A program made the translations under genes and the position numbers. A stretch of 39,901 nt of DNA from Octopus bimaculoides. Taxonomy: Eukaryota. Below the pieces are notes generated by a model that did no database searches, was not told the DNA's origin, and was given only the letters and a program-made list of their open reading frames with translations. This document shows, in pieces, positions 10,550 to 22,421 of the stretch (positions within the stretch are counted from its first letter, which is position 1; the number at the start of each line of letters is the position of its first letter). The DNA lies in assembly GCF_001194135.2 (NCBI RefSeq), contig NC_068984.1, positions 36,550,890 through 36,590,790 on the forward strand, in the 5' to 3' direction.

Positions 10550-10745
10550 TATTATTTCCAAATATGGCACAAGATCAGAAAATTTAGGGAGAAGGGTAAG
10601 TTGATTACATTGGTACTTATTGTATCGAACCGATAGAATAAGAAAGATAGACGAAAACTGCGTAACTTGAAATTAGTACGCCGCATGTCGTAATAATGGC
10701 AATGTTTGATCGATGCCCTAACGATTCTGTCTGCTCATCACCTAA
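10550..10745 (-). mobile_element. Degenerate SINE family 1 copy
   Basis: tggcacaag...ggtaagttgattacattggtacttat...ctaacgattctg matches the reverse complement of the family-1 SINE, with deletions. Confidence 0.65.
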
Positions 10746-10750
10746 ATATA

Positions 10751-10855
10751 AGCAGCAGCAGCAACAGCAACAGCAGTAATAGTAGCAGCAGCAGCAGAAG
10801 AAGAAGAAGAAGAAGAAGAAATAGTAGTAGNNNNNNNNNNAAGAAGAAGAAGAAA

Positions 10856-10901
<46 letters not shown>
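10751..10901. repeat. Compound (CAG)n/(GAA)n/(TAG)n microsatellite spanning a 10-N gap
   Basis: Directly visible. Confidence 0.95.
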
Positions 10902-10902
<1 letters not shown>

Positions 10903-11420
10903 TCAGTGGGAAATATTTTGAGTGGTAAACATTGGATTCATATTACCCCATTTTTATATTGATGATAATAGTTAGGGTAGGGGTTGATCTTCGTCATTCA
11001 ACAAGGAGGATTTTCGCCTTCTATTCAATCTACTGAATAATCTACTTTGGAATTAAGGTAAAATTTGGTGATCATTCAACAAACTAATCTGCACTGAAAT
11101 TCACAGATTCAGTGTAACACAGCATTTAAGAAAGTGTTGACGTTCTCGGATTACAAAATAAAACTCATTGACGGCTTTCTCTGTGCATCTTTTCCCCCAC
11201 AAGTCACGGATCGATCCGAGACTATAGACAAACAATATTTAAATCAGCTGATACGCAGCTGGACCACACACAGTATTTTGTGATTGCAGACCGAACTTCT
11301 TAACTGTTTAGGAAACCTTCACCTACAATGATAACAGTAACGAAGATAAAAACAGTATATATCGAAAACACAGCAACAAGACCTCTGATAATGTAGCTAG
11401 CAAAAGTTTTGATTAAGAGC

Positions 11421-11481
<61 letters not shown>
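11421..11481. repeat. (TAG)n microsatellite
   Basis: Directly visible. Confidence 0.98.
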
Positions 11482-11482
<1 letters not shown>

Positions 11483-11699
11483 AATATATGAAAGAAAGGA
11501 TAAAATATGGTCAATATCAATATTCTGTCGCAAACCGAAGATAAATATTTAAAAGCTTTCGTGCATACGTATTTATTGATAGGCCTGCGTACATTTTAGT
11601 TTTAAACATATCTTATTGCGTGCTGTATATCCTCTAATCGAACACATTCCTCCAATTACTTTCCTTAATATAAGATTTGAAATTCTATCAAAGAAAATC

Positions 11700-11975
11700 T
11701 GTGTGTGTGTGTGTATGTGTGTAAGTGCGTGTGCGTTGTGTGTGCGTGTGTGTGAGTACGTATGTATACTTGTATAAACGTATAGAAGTATAAATGCAAA
11801 CACACGCACACAAACACGCAAATATATACATACATACATATATATATACATATAAAAAATGTTCGTTCGTGTTTGATTGCAGTGTGTGTGCTTTCATACC
11901 TACGTGTACACACACGGTTATATACACACACAAACATACACATACACAAACAGACACACATACACACACAGACAT
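11700..11975. repeat. Degenerate (TG)n/(CA)n/(TA)n low-complexity block
   Basis: Directly visible; source of the HT/VC-rich spurious ORFs. Confidence 0.9.
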
Positions 11976-12982
11976 ATATTTATGAAATATTGTTTATACA
12001 CGTACATATATACACATAGGTATGCATATGTTCTCGTTTAAATATTAGTTTATATCTTCTAGGAAGCAATCGCATATGTTCCTTTTTGTTTTTATTTTTA
12101 TTTCTATATATTAGTATGCAATATATCATCTCAACATAATTTACTCGACATAAAATGGAAACTGCTGATTTGAATTATCGCTTTGCTAAATGTTTAAAAT
12201 CGGTGCAGTAGTATTCGTTTTTGTTTTTGATGATTTCAGGTGAAAATATCTTGCTGCTAACTTAACTGTCATCTCAGTTAATGAACTTCTGCGTTTTATT
12301 TTCCAACTACTATATACGACTACGACTAAAGCTACTACGCTCACTGCTGATGGCGATGATGATGATGATGAGGAGAAGGATAAAGATAATGATATGGAAT
12401 ATCTGGAAAGATTCTTCTTTGGTACCATCATAATCATCATGACTGTCATCATCACCAACACCACCACAACTATCATGACTTCTACTACTATCAGCGTCAC
12501 CTCCACTACAATGCTCATTTCTTCTTACATCTGTATTTACTTCTAGTGATTATCATTTTGCATTACGTCTAATGCTACAACCTTTATTTCTTGATGTTCC
12601 AAAAACGTTTGAAGACCGATGTATATTACTTCAAATTTATCCGCCTACCATCCAAGAAAAGAATCATATTAGAAACAAATTTTAATTCTGATTCTCAATA
12701 TTCCATAAATGAATTGTCAGTCGTTGTTGGTGCTTTTTTCTATTCTACGTATAAATACATGTTGACTTCAATATCATAAACAGCGATTATGAATAATATA
12801 GCTATTGATGCTATTGCTGTTGTTAATAAAAACAAAACCATGTGCCTCTGATGGAACATAATGTGATCAATAAACTCCCAACGGAGGCCATCTCTTCTAT
12901 TTGTACTTAGGTCATAAGGCATGTTGACTGCCTAATAAATGACCGTTGTTGACACATTTTATTTGCTGCATCTAATGTTAAT

Positions 12983-13023
<41 letters not shown>

Positions 13024-13093
13024 ACACCACCACCACCACTACTACTACTATTGCCGCTGCTGTTGCTGCTGCTGCTGCTACTACTACTACTAT

Positions 13094-13152
<59 letters not shown>
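12983..13152. repeat. (CTA)n/(CCA)n/(GCT)n compound microsatellite
   Basis: Directly visible. Confidence 0.97.
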
Positions 13153-14379
13153 AATACAACTACTAATACTAATACTCATACTACTACCACTAATACAGCG
13201 TTTATTGTTTCTCTCTTCGAAAGAGAGACTGTAATACAATAATTACCGTTATTCGAAAGACTGTAGTACAATAATTACCATTAATTATGCTTACTTGATT
13301 GTGAGATATCACAAAACACACTGAATCTTCTTTGATTTGGAATATAACACTACATTTTGATTGGTTTTATATTTACCTGCCCACTCCTAAATCTAATAGA
13401 AGGAAAATTCTACTAGACAATATGACAGAAAGAATTTGAAAACATTTCTGTAGGACGATTCGATTGTGCCACTTCTAACAAAAATAATGCTGATGATAAG
13501 AATGGTTTACAAGAGTGGACCAATAACAGAAAATCATGACGACTGTATTTTAATGAGAGATTATGAAGAATCATCTACAAATTTGCTAAATTATCTACGA
13601 AAAATATGCTGGATTATATAAACTTTGATAAATGTTTGAAATGATGAGTTGGTCGCTATTAACGTGGCATTCTGTTAGAAATACATCCTAGCATAGGAGC
13701 TGATGTAGACTTTTTTAAACTTCACTCAGTAAAAGATTGTATATGTTGTTATCCTTAAGAATTGAATATAAATATATACTATCCAAAGATTTTACTAACA
13801 AAGGTAAAGCTGTAAGTTCCTAAATGATCTACTTGACCTTATCCTCTGAATTGTTCTGCAGTCAATTGTAAAAGGGCGGTGTGTCCATAGTAAGTGAAAA
13901 ACAGTTGATAAAGTAGTACAAAAAAGATTTTAAGACGTGTACGAAACGCAATGAACCATTTTCTGAAAGAATGCTGCATGAATGCTATGTTGCACTCTAA
14001 GTCTTTTCGTTTAGGACGCTACTATATCAAAGCTAAAGTTACCCAACGCAATTATGTTTAACTATGTTGTGTATGAAAACTGATTTACATACTAACATGT
14101 AAGGCGAGAACATTCTATCGGTGTACCTAACACCGTGACACGTGGCGAATATGCTTCATTGACTCTTACAGCCTGAAGAACGCCAACTACCTGATTCTAA
14201 TTAACCCCCTTTCAATCATGCGCAGCATACATGAAAGCATACACCTGACCCGAACTAACGGGCATCAAAACGAGCCCCACATTGATACCATCTTTTATTT
14301 CTAATTCACGTTTACTATTTCATTTTTATCCACGTGCATGTGTGTGTAAGTGTGTCAGTCCGTGCGTATGTGTGCGTGT

Positions 14380-14421
<42 letters not shown>

Positions 14422-14472
14422 ATGCGTGTGTGTATTATGAGAAGTCCATCTCGAGTTATATATATATATATA

Positions 14473-14667
14473 GGGTGAATTCACAAAAAAAAAACAACAG
14501 AGGAAGACAGGTGGTGTAGAAAACAAATTGTTGTATTAGTATTACGATCGGGAATTGAGAAAGTCTTTAACGTTTCCAGCCTATGCTCTTCCACAGAAAG
14601 GAACACAGAAAGAAGCAAGGAGAGAAAGAAACAATGTGTGTAGTGGTCAGCGATCTATCATGGCGAA
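14473..14667 (-). mobile_element. ~195 bp (TA)n-flanked short element carrying a hammerhead-like motif (probable Penelope-derived non-autonomous element)
   Basis: Complex block bounded by (TA)n on the left (14458-14472) and TA-rich repeats on the right (from 14668). It contains the minus-strand motif at 14565-14600. Confidence 0.6.
14565..14600 (-). ncRNA. Minimal type I hammerhead-like motif (non-canonical, degenerate)
   Basis: Minus strand: CUUU-CUGUGGA-A-GAGC-AUAG-GCUG-GAA-ACGU-U-AAAG. Stem I CUUU/AAAG; core CUGUGGA (canonical CUGANGA); stem II 3 bp plus a G.G mismatch; palindromic ACGU stem III. This is the architecture of Penelope-associated minimal hammerheads. Confidence 0.6.
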
Positions 14668-14685
14668 TATATATATGTATGTATG

Positions 14686-14746
<61 letters not shown>
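14668..14746. repeat. (TA)n/(TATG)n microsatellite
   Basis: Directly visible. Confidence 0.97.
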
Positions 14747-14747
<1 letters not shown>

Positions 14748-17700
14748 TATAGATATACATATATATTTTTAAGCTCATACACCTACATATGTGTGGATGC
14801 CCATTCAGAAGCATATATGCACAGAGAACTAATATCCCATTGAATATTGTCGGTCATATAATTTAGAATCATCGTATTTGAAAGATGTGGCTTTGATATG
14901 AAACCGCCGTCGTTGAAGTGTGCGTGCTTTTGAATTAAGAAAGTTGATAAGCACGATCCTGCCCATCCAACATCAAACATACTTATATTTTATTTACTCT
15001 GTCTTGAAAAGGACTATGTCAACTGTTTTCATCAGTTATAAAACAATTCATTTTGAGGCTATTTTATAGAACAAGGAATGGTGAGTAATTTTGGATTGTA
15101 CCAGTATATCGGCATAAATAAGTGGGTAACAGTTAAACCTTAGCAACATTTATATTAAAGAAGTTCTTTCCTAGGCCTTCATCCATAGAAGAACAATGCG
15201 CTTCTATGGAATATAGACACTAAATTAAGGAAACAAATTATGAAATAAATTGTCGACGTATCTGTGATTCTATATCTTAAGCTACGACTCTTACATGAAA
15301 TACAGATAGCCACAGAAACTCTGTGTAAATAATATTACACTTCGCTACATTATTGTGATTGTAAAGAAGAGAATTATAGTAAAATATTTCGATTCTTATG
15401 AAATTTGTATGAACATGATCGCCGCTTACATAAAGGAAATTTAATACTGTTTGCAGAAATACTGGAGTTTAATACAGGCAGACTCATAATCTGGTTAGAT
15501 TCCTTTTGAAATATCTTCTCTGCCATAACGACTAGAGTAACTCCGATCTATATTTACTGCGACTAGAAAGAAGTCACAGTACAACCCGTCGAGATTTGGC
15601 AGGAAATCAAATGTAACAAAGAATCTCTTTGACAGTGTACACTCTATATCATTTGTCCAACGAAGTTTTACACGTATTGATTTTTCAATTTATCCCCATT
15701 ATATATCGCTTCTTCTATTGAAACATCTTCAGAATATCGCAGGTATTTCGAGCAAATATATAATTTAAGTAAATTAAATAGCAATATTTTGTTTCCATTT
15801 TTCTACTAATCCCATATAATTATAACTTATAACTGCAGAGATAGACATCAGTAGAGAACAGTATCGTCTTAATTCTCTTACGTCGGTCACATACGCACGA
15901 ACACACGCATATAATACACTGGGAAATATAAACTTGCATATTCATATANNNNNNNNNNNNNNNNNNNNNNNNNNNNNNNNNNNNNNNNNNNNNNNNNNNN
16001 NNNNNNNNNNNNNNNNNNNNNNNNNNNNNNNNNNNNNNNNNNNNNNNNNNNNNNNNNNNNNNNNNNNNNNNNNNNNNNNNNNNNNNNNNNNNNNNNNNNN
16101 NNNNNNNNNNNNNNNNNNNNNNNNNNNNNNNNNNNNNNNNNNNNNNNNNNNNNNNNNNNNNNNNNNNNNNNNNNNNNNNNNNNNNNNNNNNNNNNNNNNN
16201 NNNNNNNNNNNNNNNNNNNNNNNNNNNNNNNNNNNNNNNNNNNNNNNNNNNNNNNNNNNNNNNNNNNNNNNNNNNNNNNNNNNNNNNNNNNNNNNNNNNN
16301 NNNNNNNNNNNNNNNNNNNNNNNNNNNNNNNNNNNNNNNNNNNNNNNNNNNNNNNNNNNNNNNNNNNNNNNNNNNNNNNNNNNNNNNNNNNNNNNNNNNN
16401 NNNNNNNNNNNNNNNNNNNNNNNNNNNNNNNNNNNNNNNNNNNNNNNNNNNNNNNNNNNNNNNNNNNNNNNNNNNNNNNNNNNNNNNNNNNNNNNNNNNN
16501 NNNNNNNNNNNNNNNNNAAATGGGGTGTAGCCAATTTTAGTGGGAAATCCTATGAGGAATCGGTTAATTGATATTTTATCCTGATTGAATGGAAAACCTC
16601 ATAAGGAATCAGTTTATTGATTTTTCACCCCAAATAGGACTTAACCGAATACAACATTGCTGATTCAAAAAAATCTATATTTATACTTTAAAGTTGGTTT
16701 TCACACCCATCCCAGTTCTGTGGAATCAGTGTCACGACGGGAACGCATGAGTTGGGAGTTTGAGCGGCAGAGGTGATCAGGTTGCACATGCATACCCTAT
16801 CGAACATGCCCACCTTGGTCCATGGGTTGGGACCCCTTCCGGCAAGGAAAATAGAACGCCGAAAAGGACTCCCGATCCTTTGTGTCAGTAAAGGTTATGT
16901 TCGGATTACAACTAAGCCTTAATCTAAGCCTAAACTAACCTAGCGAAAGGGGGCTTGGAAGCCTCTAAAAGGCAGCGACTAATCCCGATCTAGTCCTAAC
17001 CCGTCCTGGGGGTAATATCGGGTAATATTGTTTTTCTTCTTCGCCATTGCTAGGCAGGGGACTTAACTCATATTAGCAAACTTACGGATTTCACCGACAT
17101 GGAAATTGGTAATAGTTATGGTTGAAAATCGATTTTTACCGTTATCTGCGGGTGCTTCGGAGAAAATAAGTTGACAAAAACACAGCCATGATCGAGACCA
17201 ATTTCCTCCTAAAATTGGAGCGACATGCGTGTTAATTTGTGGACGTGCATAAATATACATGTAAAAATATACTATATATATGTGTGTGTGTGTGCAAGTG
17301 AGTAAGTGTGTGTGTGGAAGTGTGTAAGTGTGTGTGCGTAAGTGTGTTTCTGAATGAAAGAAATTCATTTATGAATCTACTACATTAATTTTCTGCTAAA
17401 AAGTATAATTTCGTTGGTTATTTTGTAATATATTTATGTTGTTCTCGTGGTTCTTGAATTTGTTGATGTAATACTGTTTTGTAAATATAATTCTCTATTA
17501 ACTATTTGGGATTTACTATATAGGGAGCGGGTTGACTTTGATAATTAGAAATTATATTTCGTTCATTCATAAAGTGAATATTTTTTCATTCAATTATGGG
17601 TAACTCTCTGAGACACAGATGTGAAAATTAATATGCAAACAGCAAATATTACTAAAAAATTCTAAATTCCAAGAAACTTTGGTCTATCAGGCATACGTGA

Positions 17701-18989
17701 CCAGAAGTGATTAACGATTCACTAGTGAAAAACAAGATACATAAATTTTAAAAATCGATATATTTCATACAAGTAACACGCTCTGCAAGCTAGTTGCAGA
17801 AAACGATTTGAACATGTTCTTTGGAGGATCGTCCTGAAATTTTATGAATTTCCTAATCTACACTCTAGGTTATGGAATGTATGTAGTTCAATCCTTGCGG
17901 ATGGCTCCATGTGTATTTTGGGCTACCTTGAGTTCCTGCTCGAAAATGTTTATTATACAATTTAAAATTTTGATGAAATACTCGTAAACCTTGACTATTT
18001 ACTGATGTACTCTTAATATTAGTTCTAAATTTTGACGCAAGTCTTGCAAGTTCGTGAGATGGGGTAAGTCGATTCCTCCTTCTCCCGTACTTGCAGGTCA
18101 TGCGGCAAAATTTGGAACCAATTTCAGTGAACTATATGCCGTATCAACTCATAATAGCATGAACTTTTTCCGTTTGAGAAGTACTTCGAATGCCAGATAA
18201 AATATAAAATGTTTGTTATAAAGCACGGGTTTGATTTCTTCTATTAGATAAAAAAAATCATCGATCATAAATTGCATATTAGTAATTTATGGACTCTAAT
18301 TAGAGTGAATATATGTGCCAGGTCATTTTAATATAAAGATTAGTGCGACCATCTGGATTATGTCAGCTACTTGTTTAGCTTCTGCTTTTTAATATGGCTA
18401 ATCAAATTTATGAATTTCAATAAGCTATCTAAATTGTGTGCTTTAACATCTGCTATAAATACCAATTCATCTGTTGGATATTATTTTCCAGTCATAATAT
18501 CATGGAAAATTTTAGTAAAAAAACATGTTAGATATTAGATATAATATGAAATGAACTTTAACTAGCGTAGCCCTAATTCCTATAATGCAACGAGAGTCCT
18601 CGTATGCAAGTCGGAATAGATACAAGCAATGTAGCTTGTGCACTGTCACTATATGTGATCTAATATGATTAGATGATGTGTATTCGGTCGCTTTGCTACT
18701 ATTGTAAGCAAGATCGTCTAGATTTCAGCAGGTGCGAGATTTGGTTAGTCGGTTCCGTAATATTGGTCATCTTGGATTGGTGCATCGAACGGAATTAGAT
18801 TAATTTATTTTTATTATTGAAAATCAATATCTTTACTTTGTGATTTGATACTAAGCTAGCTTATAGTATAGTTTCAGTATAATATGCACATAGAACACTA
18901 TCTAAATCTAAAATAAGACATTTAAGAAAAATACCTTTGAAAGCTAAAAAATAGTATTTGTGATAGCAGCAGATCAAAGCTAAAAATTG

Positions 18990-19260
18990 GTATCTAAAGT
19001 AGAAGTACAACACTTAAAGAAAGACGGTATATATATATCAAATACATCGAATGTGATAAAACAAAGTATACAAACAAGTAGAAAAACAATAGTAAATTAG
19101 GCATTAAAGGACGAATATATAAATCTCTAGGAATGCTCTTGAGAAAAGAAAACAAAATCAATGTAAATAGTTTAATAAAATAATATAAAACCTTAGTACA
19201 TTTACTGCTTTCTACGACGAAAAGTGCGAACAACATCAATGAAAATAGAAATACAACTTA
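18990..19260 (+). mobile_element. Possible decayed Penelope-like GIY-YIG relic
   Basis: With one frameshift it reads GIY(I)IKYIECDKTKY...GIKGRIY, resembling GVY-I-C--C---YIG-T-R----RI. Weak. Confidence 0.25.
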
Positions 19261-21759
19261 ATGTGTAACTTATCTGTTGACAATTAGAAAACCTAGAATT
19301 ATTAATATGGAAATATTCGAATAACATATCCGAAATCAAGCAATACCACAATTAATCACCGCAAAACCACAACTAATCCTTCGTTGTAAAAAGCAACAAT
19401 ATTTCTTTGAAAAATTATGATTGAAATCAGTGTTATTTCATCAAGTATTGCGCGAAATTGCTATAACTACAACTGGAAGGAGGATAGAAAAAATAGAAAA
19501 TAGGCGTAGAATTGAAGACTTTCAAAATTGGAGTAAACTTGATACATTCTGACCCACACCCTATACAATATATGTAATATCATTTGTTGTTTTTATGCAA
19601 ATCATCATCGATAAGGTACATTAAAACCACAAGATTGTTGAACGATGTAAATCATAGATGCAAGTTTGTATTTATAAACGTGACAATGAACTTTTTCCAC
19701 ACACTCACCCACCATATACGTGTGCGTGTGCATATATGGGTACATATGTGTGTATATGTGTGTATGTGTGGATGAAGTAACATACTTGAGGATAATATAC
19801 CTCCTATGCCTTGGGAATGGAAACAACGACCTTTATCTCATAAGCGTAGCACTGTATCCTCGAGGTTACGTGCCCTCGTATACTAGAGGTATACATAAGA
19901 TATATAGATATACTCATCACACATCCCTGAAAACCCTGCAATTCACAAAGACTATCAGGAAACAAAATTGCGCACACATAAAATAATCAGATATTTATCA
20001 CATATATTGCACATGTTATGTATTTTAAAAGCATATAGATATCGACATTACTGAACTTAATTTAACACCCAAATGAAGCATATCATCTACCAATTTAACT
20101 CGAACATGACACGCTTATTTAGATACAAATTTTCAGTTTAAGTACCAAATTCGATACCAAAAATATCATGATTGGCAAAGTTCTGCAGGTATCACTTCTG
20201 AATTGAAGCAACAAACGTTATGCTGTGTCTTTCGGTCAGATACCTTATATGCATAGACACTTCCAGAAAAGACTGTCGTTGAACGCTAGTTGTATTGAAA
20301 CTTACTTGGTTATTAAAGAGTAGGCTATTGTACTAAGGTTTTCAAACGTACATCAAATATAAACATTCTTGCATCCATAAGAAATATACTTTTCATAAGA
20401 GTTAACTATATCAAACAAACATATTGAAAATCATACACTTACACACATGCGCGCGCACATATGTAGATATATATATATATATTCTAATGTATAAATGTGT
20501 ATATATATATATACATATATATGTATATATGTATATATATATATATATATATANNNNNNNNNNNNNNNNNNNNNNNNNNNNNNNNNNNNNNNNNNNNNNN
20601 NNNNNNNNNNNNNNNNNNNNNNNNNNNNNNNNNNNNNNNNNNNNNNNNNNNNNNNNNNNNNNNNNNNNNNNNNNNNNNNNNNNNNNNNNNNNNNNNNNNN
20701 NNNNNNNNNNNNNNNNNNNNNNNNNNNNNNNNNNNNNNNNNNNNNNNNNNNNNNNNNNNNNNNNNNNNNNNNNNNNNNATTTATGTATGTATATGCATAT
20801 GTATGTTTATATATATATATATATATATATGCATGCAAATACATCGATAAAATATTACATACACTAACGGCGATGCTCCAGTGTGGCTTTCACTCTGGCG
20901 GCATAAACAGCCAAACAGAAAATAAAACTAAAAAATATGCTTTTACACTCACACACAAAAGCACATGAGGAAACGAATAAACATCTAAATTCCAGCTTAA
21001 TAGCCATTATGTCTGCTTTTATTAAATCATTAGGGAGGGCTGTTTAGCTTTGGATATTGTAAATATTTACGCAGTTTATTAATTCCTCGTAACTTAGGGG
21101 GAAAAACGTGTTTATGCTTCTCCATTTCACTCCATGCATTCTGGAGTACATATTATGTGTGTGAAAATGATAAAGTGCATGTGTGATTTAATAACTCTTT
21201 GTTTTATATGTGTTTTGGTGCGTCTTGTTGAGCATTTCAAATTAGATTTAGTGCTTAAACAATCATTTATTAAATGCTATAATTGCAGGCAGTAAGACAA
21301 TGAGTAAATATTTGTTGTCGGTATTGGATTCGAGTTTGATGAATTAAGAGAATTCAAATAGGGAATATTATAATTACCCGTGGCGGACTGTGGTAAATAT
21401 ATTTCATTGATTAATTACTGCTGATAGAGAGTTATTATTTCCATTATAATTTTGTTGAGGTTATATATGTTTTACTCTAATGCAGCTGTGCCACCGCTGC
21501 AATGTAGATTTGGTAGTAAATTATTATTCCTCTATATTACAGCTAATGTTTTTACGCAGAATATGTGTGCTTCCTAAGAAGTAATAAGTTTTAAAGCTTC
21601 CCAGACAATTATTCAATCCTCACTATATTTCTGGATATTGTTTCAGAATTCCTAATGCTGCTATTCATTCTCATCATTATAATGGGGGGGGGGGAAACAT
21701 TGTTATTATTACAGCAGAGAAACGAACACAATGAACCATGACATTTCTTCTTTCGCATA

Positions 21760-21900
21760 ACATATTGCGTTCAAATCCCGCTCAGGTCAGATTTGTATCG
21801 AATATCGGCAATGTAAATAAATAAAGTACTAGGCAAGTAGTGGAATCAATTCATTGGACTAAATCCTCCATTAAAATCGCTGCTATATTGTCTAATTTAA
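21760..21900 (+). mobile_element. Very degenerate SINE family 1 relic
   Basis: gcgttcaaatcccgctcaggtcagattt is B-box/core-like, followed by aaataaagtactag. Confidence 0.35.
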
Positions 21901-22104
21901 ATATTCTGAAGGTAGTAGGCAGTAGGCAGTAAGTTAGGAGAGCCATTATTTCCGAGATCAAATACTCCCAAAATGAAATTGAATTTTATTGAACCAGCTT
22001 CGATAAAATAAGTACCAGTAAAAATTACTGGCATTGTGACAATATTTGAAGGAATTTGTAGTGCCAAAATTGTTAGCACTCCGGAAAAATATTTATCAGC
22101 TTTC

Positions 22105-22262
22105 CTTCCGGCTCTTTACATGCTGAATTCAAATACGCCAGAGGTCAAACTTGCTTTTCGTCCTTTTGGGGTCCATTAACTAGGTTCAGCATTTGGATTC
22201 GTGTAATCGGCTAACCACGTACATCAAAATTTCAAGCCTTGTGTCTATAGTAGAAAGGATTA
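22105..22262 (+). mobile_element. 5'-truncated SINE family 1 copy with an (ATT)n tail
   Basis: ctctttacatgctgaattcaaatacgccagaggtcaaacttgcttttcgtccttttggggtc matches the family core. The tail aaaatttcaagccttgtgtctatagtagaaagg runs into (ATT)n. Confidence 0.7.
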
Positions 22263-22271
22263 TTATTATTA

Positions 22272-22332
<61 letters not shown>
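22258..22332. repeat. (TTA)n microsatellite
   Basis: Directly visible. Confidence 0.98.
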
Positions 22333-22336
<4 letters not shown>

Positions 22337-22421
22337 TAGTTTTATTTTTATAACGTGCTTTCATTTCACTACCGAGCGCAGCTCTATGTGCCTTGGGAAT
22401 GTGATGTGGCTTGCTGTGATG
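22333..22421 (-). mobile_element. Probable 3' UTR tip of another (AAT)n-tailed R4/Dong-type family
   Basis: The minus strand reads agcatcacagcaagccacatcacattcccaaggcacatagagctgcgctcggtagtgaaatgaaagcacgttataaaaataaaaactactg and then (AAT)n. I recall this sequence following a LLGTAHILRK C-terminus in octopus. It is not homologous to the B/C UTR and no coding sequence is present here. Confidence 0.45.

Noticed and set aside
10801-10870. Apparent direct duplication of aagaagaagaagaagaaatagtagtag
   Set aside because: The two copies sit either side of a 10-N gap; most likely an unmerged contig overlap.
11573-13242. HT/VC/poly-T/poly-V ORFs (similar ones at 14.3-14.8, 20.4-21.0, 30.3-30.8, 31.4-32.0 and 35.2-35.6 kb)
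   Set aside because: Microsatellite translations with no domain content.
14244-14275. CCCG-aactaa-CGGG hairpin resembling a Helitron 3' end (similar TGCCT...AGGCA at ~31947)
   Set aside because: The terminal CTRR is missing and no Helitron 5' end or Rep/helicase relic is seen.
16800-16860. Minus-strand GCCGGAAGGGGTCCCAACC resembling the start of an HDV ribozyme
   Set aside because: No P1' complement and no P3/L3 or J4/2 arrangement could be built.
17865-18101. 78-aa minus ORF with NFKLYNKHFRAGTQGSP, vaguely like a PLE RT motif
   Set aside because: Flanking residues do not match RT motifs on either side.
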